Below are positions 12,831 through 22,320 of a stretch of DNA of 64,000 bases, one piece after another. Both the position numbers and the translations under genes were made by a program. Position 1 is the first letter of the stretch, and every line of letters begins with the position of its first letter. Origin of the DNA: Lama guanicoe (Eukaryota); the NCBI GenBank assembly GCA_013239625.1, contig MU054323.1:4194214-4258213 (forward strand), read 5' to 3'. Below the pieces are notes generated by a model. It saw nothing but the letters and a program-made list of their open reading frames with translations. It ran no database searches and was not told where the DNA came from.

Positions 12831-13329
12831 CATACTTTTATTAAATGTGAAAATAAGAGGCTACCAGTTCCCCTAAGTGGATTTTGTGCATAGAACTGGA
12901 GCCATAGCTTTGTGGTGCTGCCAGTTGGCCTTATATCTGAACAAAGATCAAGCGTACAAAGCCATAGAGCATCTGTGGAGATCTGTATCCTGGGCACAAG
13001 CTGTTGGTTGCATTACTGACCACTCAAATTGGTGTATAATGATCGTATATCTAGATAGGATGTTGCAGTGGCCAAAAAAATTCACCCTGAAAAGACTTTA
13101 ATCTCCAGATCTTTTCAGAGACTTCCTCAGCAAAGGCACATTTTCTCTTTTCGTGTATTTAAAGGAATAAGCTCTAACCTTGAGGGAAGACAGAATCAAA
13201 GATCTGGCAACATTTATCATAAATAATGAATGAAAAAACATTAAAAAATTAATTGGGAAAAATTAGATATCAGTGTAGTACTTGTGCAGATTGGCTCCTG
13301 GGAGTTGTAGTAGGTTTGCCTCACTGATG

Positions 13330-14010
13330 AGCTGTCTCTAGGAGATTCTCCTCCCATGGCACCCTCTGGGCACTGCTTGGGTTCCTCCTTTCTGGGTAGC
13401 TCCTTCTGTTTTCCTCCTCTGGCCCCTCACTGAGTGTTCCCCAATACTCAACTCTCAAGCTTGTGGACCCTTTCAAACATTTGTCTTTCAGGCTTTCATT
13501 ATTTTTTTCCAAAGCTCTATGGCCCATTCTTTTCTCTGACCTAGAATCCAGATTCTTACAACTAGAGAAATACCTATAGAACACCTTTCCTAAAATGTAC
13601 AATTATTGTCATCTCAGGAAACTCATTTGGAATCTCAACTCATTATCTGTCTTCCCAAACTCTCATTCTCTCTCAGAGGTGACCTTATCATGCTGAACAT
13701 TCCAGGCCCCAAATCTTTCTCTATCTCATTCAGACTGTTTCTAGATCATGCCAGTTCTTTCTTTGAAATTGTTTTTTTGTTTTACTGTTTTCACTCTTTC
13801 TCTTTTGATTCCACTGCCATGTGACTGGTCCCTAATTCCTTTTCCTCACATCCTCAAATCTATCCTGCTCACAAAACCAGTCTTGTCAAAGCACTGATTT
13901 ATTTTGTCCCTACTCTATAGAAAAAAAAAATCCATGGAATAGTCTCCATATCTCTCTCTCCTGTCTCAATCCTGTATTCTAAGGCCCAGCTCCAATTCCA
14001 TCTCCTCTGG
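13330..14010 (+). mobile_element. L2 LINE fragment
   Basis: 'tgagtgttccccaatactc', 'tctttctctgacctagaatccagattc', 'caactcattatctgtcttcccaaac', 'aaggcccagctccaattccatctcctctgggaagc'. Confidence 0.6.
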
Positions 14011-14029
14011 GAAGCAACAGTTTCCACAC

Positions 14030-15428
14030 AAAACTCCATCTCTTCATCTTGGCATCTGCTTCCAAAGAATCCAACCTGTGAAAGTTAATACTGAGAGTGG
14101 TCCAGGAAAGCAGATGATATCATGCAGTTTTAGATCACTAGGCATCAGGGTGCAATAGACCCAAATCACTGGTGCACAGATAGCCCTTGGCCAAATGTAT
14201 CAGTCCACTTGTTAAAAATTTCACTGATGGTGAAGTGAAATGGTGAACTGGTGGAAGGAAATGTACTAGCATGCAGAATGTAATAGACTTTTGAGATCAC
14301 TGTATGAGATCAGTAAATAGTTTCTATTAAGATGATAGGATTAGATGGCTTTTGCTAATTAATACTGATGCTGTACAGAAAGATAATGATCAGCTGAAGG
14401 TGAGTAAAGGCAGTAGAAAGCCAAGTATGACAGCCAGAGGGCATCTTTGGTTATATACAAAGAAGATCATATTTTCAAAACTAAGAACTGAGCTAGAACT
14501 TCATAGTGATAGTGGTTGAACTTCAAAAACTGTTAAGTCTGTTGGCAAGTCTGTTATATTAAAGTTCATCCAGAACCGACATTATTGCCTGAAGAGGTGG
14601 CTAAGCCTCTAAGAAGGACCATGTAGCACCATGGCATATGTGCACAGTAATGGTTTCCCGAGACCTTCTCCAAAGACAGCTGAGATCACTTACATGGATA
14701 ACCATACTCTAGGGAAAGAGGAATATCAAGACATTCCAAGGACTGCTGCACACAGGACTTGAGTTGATATTAATTTCCAGAGACCCAAATCATATGGTCC
14801 TCCTGTTAGAAAAGGGGCATGTGGGGTCCAGGACAAGATCTGATATTCATTTTCCCATCCTCAGATATACAATTGGTTTGACATACTTGGCAGTAGGTGC
14901 AGCCACCATATTGATTCATTAGTCTGTGGAGTCAAAGCTGCTATAGAGAAAATCTCTGACCTGTCCCTTACCCTCTATTCCCCTCCAGCCAAGATAGTGA
15001 GTCAGACCCAATTATGCTTTCTGGATGGGATGGTTGAGATTAGTGTCATACTTAAAGCATCTGAGGGATGCAGGTGGTGGCCCTCATCATATTTCCATTT
15101 AATGCATGAGTCCAGTCCTTACAAAAACTGTATGAAACTTGGAGAATGAAGGGAGATTACTACAAGCTGAATAAAGCAGTAGCCCCAATCACAGCTGCCT
15201 TGCCAGGTGTGTTATCTTTGCTAGAGCAGGTTAATGTAGACTTAGATACATAGTATGCAACCACTGATTTGGTGACAGGCTCTTTTCTGTCACTATCACA
15301 AGGAAGGATCAGAAACAGCTCACATTCGCATCGTATGGAATGGATAACTGCGTATATTTACAATTTTGCTCCAGGGCTGTGCTAACTTTCCTACTCTTTG
15401 TTATAATATAGGCTGAGGAACTCTGGAC
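14030..15428 (+). mobile_element. Class III ERV (ERV-L group, LTR16/ERV3-16A3/HERV16-like): LTR 3' end, leader/gag remnant, protease and RT N-half; defective
   Basis: LTR end 'gcatctgcttccaaagaatccaacctgtgaaa' is followed by the internal start 'gttaatactgagagtggtccaggaaagcag...gatagcccttggcc'. Around 14740, 'ggactgctgcacacaggacttgagttgatattaatt' reads GLLHTGLELILI (ERV-L protease GLLDTGSELTLI). At 15140-15410 the sequence reads WRMKGDYYKLNKAVAPITAALPGVLSLLEQVN...FTILLQG (ERV-L RT). Stops and frameshifts are present. Confidence 0.85.
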
Positions 15429-15648
15429 CAGAGCTGTCCAATATAAATAACATGTGAGTTGCATATATAATTTATATTTTCTAACAGCCACATTAAAAAA
15501 GTAAAAGGAAACAGATGAATTAATTTTAATAATTTATTTTATTTAACCCAAGATTTCCAAAATATTATCACTCTAGCATGGAATCAATATAAAAATTATT
15601 TGTGAGATTTATTTGTAAAAAGTTTTCTGTACTTTTGATGTGTTTTAT

Positions 15649-15787
15649 GTTTTTTTATTTTATTTTTTTTTGTTGGGGGGGGAAGTAATTAGGTTTATTT
15701 ATTTATTTTGATGGAGATACTGGGGATTGAACCCAGCACCTTGTGCTTGCTAGGCACACACTTTACCACTCAGCTATACCCTCCTCC
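15649..15787 (-). mobile_element. Camelid tRNA-derived SINE (Vic-1-like)
   Basis: Minus strand reads ggaggagggtatagctgagtggtaaagtgtgtgcctagcaagcacaaggtgctgggttcaatccccagtatctcc, then aaataaataaataaacctaattacttccccc and an A-rich tail. A-box and B-box are present. Perfect 15-bp TSD tttgatgtgttttat at 15634-15648 and 15788-15802. Confidence 0.9.
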
Positions 15788-16754
15788 TTTGATGTGTTTT
15801 ATACTTACTGCATATCTCAATTCAGATGTTAAATTTTCTTGGGATAACCTTGATCTCATAAAATTTATAGTTGAAAACACAGATTCACATACATAAGTTG
15901 TTGCAAATATGCTTAAAAGTTAGCCAATAACTGAATCAACTATCAAAAAAAATTTCCTTTAATATTTGTATCCATGTTAATAAGACTGGTTTATCTTTTT
16001 TAAAGAATTGAGTTGACTTTGAACCAAATGTGCATCAGCTTTAAAACTATGATTGTTAAAATGAAGTAAATTAATTATTTGTCAACTCATTATTATTAAA
16101 ACTAAATCCAAAATTGAAAAGCAACTCTAAATTTATTAAGGTCAAAAGTGTTCTTCAAAGTTTTTTATAGTTTTTATTAACTATTTAATAACATTGTCAA
16201 GTACAGTTAAAATGATCATATTGATTATGTTGAAAAATATATAAAATAATTTTTATTGATTTATATTACAAAAGTTTTCAATTTCAACACAAATTTGCAT
16301 ACAAGTACAGCTGGGTCATAAACTTTTCCTTTCCTCAGAGCTTCAAAGTTAGTTTACTCATATGTGGTGTGATATCAATGAGAAAATACATGCATTACGT
16401 TTTGTTACCTTTGATTATTAAATAATTGGAAAGCACTCTTTTTGTCTCAAGGAGTTTACAGTTAATTAGTATTGACATTTATAGCTCAGGAAATCTTTGT
16501 ATAACTCTTCTATGACTTAACCAATGAGTATAAGATCATTAAATTTATTGTCTTCCATTTTTTCTCAGAAGTTTGATAAACTGGTGTGGATTTTGGTACA
16601 TATATGCTGCATAATTTTAACAACTATTTCAGTGGTACTTTTGCTAGAGTTTGCTTCAGAAAACTAAACACAAATATTTTCAGTATGTATCATACAGTGG
16701 GATAAATCTACAGGGAAATATCAATGTCTCATTTTAAAATTTCAGTAAATCCAG

Positions 16755-17587
16755 TTTTTTCCTTTTTCTTTTTTTATATTGAAAGTTAGTTGATGTACAA
16801 TGTTGTATTAGTTTCTGGTGTACATAGTGCTTTAGTTACACACACAAATATATAGAGTTTTTCATTATAGGTTATTATAAGATACTGAATACATATTTCC
16901 CTGTGCTATACGTAGGACCTTGTTGTTTATCTATTTTATATACAGTATTTAGTACTACAAGCCATATCACTAATTATCCCTCCTCCTCCCATTCCCCTTT
17001 GGTAACTATAAGTTTGTTTTATATGTTTGTGAGTCTCTTTCTGTTTTGCAAATAAGTTCATTTGTGTCATTTTTTAAGATTCCACATATAAATGATGTCA
17101 TAAGATATTTGTCTTTCTCTGTCTGACTTAGTCACTTAGTATGATAATCTCTAGGTCCATCCATGTTGCTGCAAATGGCGTTATTTTATTCATTTTTATG
17201 GCTTGAGTTTTATTCCATTGTATGTGGATACCACATCTTCTTTTTCCAATCATCTGTCGATGAACATTTAAGTTACTTCCATGTCTTTGTTGTTGTAAAT
17301 AATGCTGCTATGAACATTGACTGCATATATCTTTTTGAATTAGAGATTTTATCTTTTCAGGATATATGCCCAGGAGTGGGATTGCTGGATCATATGGTAA
17401 ATATATTTTTAGTTTTTTAAGGAAGCTCTATACTGTTTTACATAGTGGCTGCAACAAATTACATTCCCACCAATAGTATAGGAGCGTTTCCTTTTCTCCA
17501 CACCCTCTCCAGCATTTACTGTTTGTGGGCTTTTTAATGATGGCCATTCTGACCGGAGTGAAGTGAGACCTCATTGTAGTTTTGACT
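16755..17587 (-). mobile_element. L1 LINE, 5'-truncated (ORF2 C-terminus + 3' UTR)
   Basis: T-tract at left, then 'ttcattataggttattataagatactgaat...ccctgtgctatac', 'aggtccatccatgttgctgcaaatggc', 'gatggccattctgaccggagtgaagtgagacctcattgtagttttga'. Homologous to the copies at 26.0 and 30.1 kb. Confidence 0.92.
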
Positions 17588-17744
17588 TAACATAGTTGAA
17601 GCACCATTCATTCACAGTCTTTGAAACTAATTTTTCATATCAAGATAAAACTTTTCTTTGAGAGAGGTAAAACATTAAAAAATACCTATGTCATGAGTCT
17701 GCTATTTCAGTTTTCAAGTTGGTGTATGTTTAAAAATTTGAAAG

Positions 17745-18640
17745 GCAAATTGAGGCACAGGCAAGTACCAGAGCAGGTTGCCCATACCCTGTGACATCCA
17801 CCACTGCTGCATTAGTGACTCTCCCTCAGCTCAGGCCTGTGGCAGTGTAGGAGTCCCACACAGTTGAAGGAGGGACAAAAAGACTGACCTTGGTTTGAAA
17901 ATGGGTCAACTCGTCTTGTGAGTAGAAGCTAAAAACAGGCAGCAGCAACACTGCAGCCTCAGGGTGGCCTTGAAAGATAGCAGTGAGGGAAAATTCTCCT
18001 AATTCTAAGAGTTTTGGATAATACATTTGGCTGTCCATTTTGTATGAAAGAGAAATAGTTCCAAGGTTTAATATGTATGGGCTCATGGGCAGTGGTGAAT
18101 AGAAACAGATGGAAAGGTTAAGAACAAAGAAGTCTGGGTTAATGACATATGGATGGACAAATGGGAGTCGTCATGATGTGTGAAGATTTTTATAGTGCAC
18201 GTTAATACCCACAGAGAACATCCGTAACAGAAGAGACACTAGACAACCAAGTGGGCAAACTTAGCCACTCGATGCCAGCCAGCCTCTGTCATCAGCCACC
18301 TGAATATTGGCATGATGGACACATGAACAGAGTGGCTGCTGTGGCAGAGATGGAGGATACACAGGAGTTCAACAGCGTGAGTTCTGACTTTCCAAGATTA
18401 ATCTGTCTATTGCCCCTGCCAACTGTCCATTCTGCCAGCGACAGAGACCAATCCTGAGCATCCAGATAAGCAGCATTCCTTGAAAATATCAAGTGGTCAT
18501 TTGATAGCAGTATGACAGCATTGGGCCCCTGTCATCCTAAGAGGCTAGTTCACTTCCACAGGAATAGGCACGTGTAACTTATTTAGTATACCCTTTTTGC
18601 CTGCAGGGCTTCAGCCAGCACCACTGCTTATGGGTTTGTG
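17745..18640 (+). mobile_element. ERV-L pol continuation (RNase H and integrase N-terminus), defective
   Basis: Decayed motifs 'gagggaaaattctcc' (EGKSS), 'gtgaagatttttatagtgcacgttaatacccac' (VKIFIVHVNTH), 'acacatgaacagagtggctgctgtggcagagatggagg' (HEQSG.GRDGG) and 'tgtccattctgccagcgacagagacca' (CPFCQRQRP, the CxxC of the integrase zinc finger). Confidence 0.85.
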
Positions 18641-18699
18641 TAGTCTTAGATCATAGAGAGAGGCAGAGGGAGAGAGGGAGAGGCAGAGAGAGAGAGAAA

Positions 18700-18925
18700 G
18701 ATAAATATTGAAAGTCCTGCATTCCCAGAATTGAAAGGCGTTCAAATGAGTGCCTGGGGAACCCGAGGAGTTGGCAAAAGGGAACTGGGAGAAGAAATTG
18801 GAGAGGTCATTAAGGAGTAAGTCATGAAAAGCCTTTGTAAGCCATACTAAGAAGTTTGGGCCATATGGATATGGGTAATCAACAAAAGGTTTTAACAAGG
18901 CAAATGACATGATCAGATTGACCAT
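18700..18925 (-). mobile_element. L2 LINE fragment
   Basis: 'gcctttgtaagccatactaagaagtttggg...aaggttttaacaaggcaaatgacatgatcagatt'. Confidence 0.6.
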
Positions 18926-21599
18926 GAACTTCTTATTATCTTGGACTTTACTTCCTGCCTTATTTGTTGAGAAGAGGAGGAATGTGAGGTTCTGAACTGA
19001 ATATGTGAGCCAGGCCTTTGTCCTGTTTATCATAGGAGAAAGCCCTCTCATTTTTATAATAAGACAATTGCCAAGATTATATTTTTTTCAAGTGACAAAA
19101 ACATACAAACGGGGTGGGGGTGGGTATTTGCCTGCTCATATTTGTGAAAACTGAGAAGAGAATATAGAAATGCTCAAAGAGCATGTTTGAATACATCTCT
19201 TTGTAAAACATGACAGAAAGGAGTGATTATTTAAATTGGACAGGACTGCATTCCTGGCTCCTTGGTGGCAATGCCTTTTGTCTGAACTCTCTTACTAGAA
19301 AAATGTCACAAAGGATAAAAAATGAGCCCAATAAGTTTTATTCAATTTTAGAGTCTATTATATATTCTGTTTTACACAAAGCATATAATTTTAAATTTCA
19401 TAGATAGGCACACCGAACATGCACTTGGTAGATATACAGCTATTTGTATGGGTGAAATGGAAACCCTCCAGGGAGGGTACATTAATAATTCCTTACTTGC
19501 AAGACAGAACAGCCATCTCACATTCCAAACAAAGCCCAGCCAGCACAAAAATGATTCATGGTCATTTATAAAAACTGATTACCAATCACCAGATCTTAAA
19601 GCCATGGCAACCTTTATTTTTCAATCTCATAAACAATAAAGCTCCCTTTTGTTTAACACATGAGGGACTTCTTTCCTATGGAGGAGTTAGTAAACACAAA
19701 AGCTAATTTTCCATGTCTGACAGCCTGCATGAAAGCTTATGAATACATATATGATAAATATGTATTTCAGTAGAAAGAAAACATTAATGTATATATATTT
19801 ATGTAGAGTTTTCTTTCACTGGGCTATTGATCTAACAGGGGAAAAGATCCAGAAGCTGACTGCTTTGTTTTAGTACCCCAAAAGCAAAAATTTTCCAAAA
19901 TATTCACTTTGTTAATCCTAGATAAAATCCTTATTTAGCTTAAATAGTTCTTCTGAACAATATATTAAAATAATAGTTTCTATATTTCATAGTGGAAAAT
20001 AAGAGATTATCACAATTCCTGATTTGTAGCTTAATCCCAGTGGTTGGTAAAGACATTAGACAAACCACTCATTAATTTTCGATCACCTAGAAGTCCCAAG
20101 ACTCAGGTAGAACCAGCATGACTCTAACTAACAGGTCCTTCTGGGGCTCCTTTCCCCCGTGTCAGTGGTTGAGCGACAGGCCAGGGAGATGAGAGAAAGT
20201 AACAACGTCATTTGTCTACTTGACCTTCACTTGTTCTGTCAGTGTCTGTTGTGTGTGTCATTGAGACAGTAACTTCTCCAAGGTCACCTTGAAAGCCTGG
20301 AAGTACATTCATCCATCACGTAGTTAGAAGTGCCTGTGAAGGGGGGCAAAGCCCAACAGTCAGTAAAGAGACAGGCAGATGGTGGGAAGGCAAATCTGCG
20401 TTGATGACCCATGCTTGCTCTTGGATTTGGAAGAGTTCCTTAAAACATTTTAATTCAGAGTGAGCTGAAGAAGTTTGAAGAGTAATTAGTCCTAAGTCAT
20501 ATGATATTTTGGGTCATGCTTAAGGGTAACGTGATCAGAGCTGAGCAACAGTTGAAATCTTATTGACAGAAGTCCACTGGTATCTTTGGTCTCCATGTCA
20601 TGAGTAAGTAATTGTGCTTTTAGGCCACTTGGCTTTTCCTGCTCAAACTCTTGAGTCCCAATTTGGAGCACTAGCCCTGGACTTAGTCCTTCTAGAACCT
20701 TAGGACTTTCATGTCTGGATCTTCATTAAAGGAATTAACTCCCTCTCTTCCTTGTCCTTTGGCCAAGCTCTGTGCATTGAAGTGCTCTGGGCTTAAGCCC
20801 CCTTATTCTCTGTAATATAATTTAATCTATTCTTGTTGCAGATCTTGACTAGTGGTGTTATGAATGGTACACTGACTGTCTTAGTCAAAAATGGCTAGGT
20901 TCCTGCCTTCTTGCCTGCTTGCAGTAGCGTTTCCTAGTTCAGTTTGAAAGAAGGTTTACTTGTGGGGGTAAAGGTAGTTCAAAAATTCAGTCCAGTTCTG
21001 GCCATAAGAACAATCTTCAGTTCTTATTCTGCACCAACTATATAATCCCTCCTGGTCTGTTCTAAGCTGTGTAAGCAGATAATTTCCAGTTTTTCAATGG
21101 CATTTTTAATAGTTGCCTTCTGGAATTCAGCTTTCAAGGGATTTCCTGATAAGAGCTATGTAATCAGGATAGAATCTCTTATTAAAAAGACTTTCCTTTT
21201 CCAAAGCTAGAAAAAAGTCTGTTTCTCTCTTCTCAATTATCAGGCTATCTATCAATAATTGAAGGTGAGATCGAAACTCTGACCTTGGCAGGTAGTGCAG
21301 AGGATTTGCTAAAGTTGTTCAATAGTGTGAGCTGTTTTTTAGATTATGTGTTTTTGAAATATATTAAAAGTAAACTTCTTTTCACACTCTTGAGGATCCT
21401 GGGAACAGGTTCATTTATTCAACAAACATTTCACTTATTCAATAAACAGTACTATGAATGTAGACGAAGAGAACAAACTAAGGAGATTTCCAGCTGTCCT
21501 TTCACACTGACTGTCTTTGGCACATAACTGTAAAAGGGTCCGTCCTTGGCCGAGTTACCATAATGTCTCACAGTTCTGTGTTTATCCCTTTGTAAATGA

Positions 21600-21770
21600 T
21601 GCACCAGGCCAAGTATATACAGACCTTCATCTGAGTGACCTGGGGATTTTAATGAAATGCAGATTGAGTCCAAGCTACATATAGTCAGTATCCAAATAGA
21701 AGGCTTGGAATGTGTGTTTTGACAAGTTCCCTAGACGATTCTTCTGGAAACTAAAGTGTGAGAATATTGT
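21600..21770. mobile_element. MER5A-like hAT MITE
   Basis: 'acctggggattttaatgaaatgcagatt...gtgtgttttgacaagttccctagacgattct...ctaaagtgtgagaatattg'. Confidence 0.6.
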
Positions 21771-21774
21771 ATCA

Positions 21775-22005
21775 GAAATTGTGGCTAAAATCCCGCCTCT
21801 CTAAGTTAATAGCATGACTTTGGACAATATATTTAACCTCACAGTCCATCTCTTTCCTCAGCTGTAAAATGTCAGGTAACAATAGTGTCGATCTCATGGG
21901 GTCGTTGTAGGGATCACATGAATTAATGTATGCAATTCATACATGATCATTGCTCAGACTAGTGGTTAGGAAGTGCTATGGAGCGGTTTTCTGTTACTGT
22001 CACTA
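21775..22005 (+). mobile_element. MIR SINE
   Basis: 'catgactttggacaatatatttaacctc...tttcctcagctgtaaaatg...aacaatagtgtcgatctcatggggtcgttgtagggat'. Confidence 0.75.
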
Positions 22006-22179
22006 TCAATAGTAGTATTGCCTATAGCAGGAGATTCAGCTTGTTAGGGTTTCCCTATGGAAAACCAGTATGCCCAGTTTGAAACCTAGGCAGGGTATCA
22101 CGAGGCAAGGTCTGTCTTGTGCTTGACTGAGTTAGTATGAGCAGGGGCCACACTGTGCGGCTAGGGGGCTGCGAGAGCA

Positions 22180-22320
22180 CGGGGCAGTGGAAAGAGTGTG
22201 GTGCTTGAGGCCAACTTCAGTTTGAGTCCTAGTACTGCCTCTGAGTGGCCGTGTGACCTGAGGCAAGAGCCTAGTTCCCTTACCTGTGAAACGGAAGTAA
22301 GAAAATTAACATCTACTCCG
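22180..22320 (+). mobile_element. MIR SINE fragment
   Basis: 'gcagtggaaagagtgtgg...tttgagtcctagtactgcctctgagtggccgtgtgacctgaggcaag'. Confidence 0.65.

Larger units (their letters stand above)
15429..17740. mobile_element. hAT DNA transposon MER33/Charlie5 fragment (interrupted by a SINE and an L1)
   Basis: Starts 'cagagctgtccaatataaat...ctaacagccacattaaaaaagtaaaaggaaacagatgaattaattttaataat', the recalled MER33/Charlie5 terminus. It is preceded by a hAT-type 8-mer 'ctctggac'. AT-rich internal sequence continues to ~16750 and resumes at ~17588-17740. The second terminus is not seen. Confidence 0.75.

Noticed and set aside
15710..15787. tRNA gene
   Set aside because: It has A/B boxes but carries a SINE-specific tail, poly(A) and a TSD. 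It is a tRNA-derived SINE.
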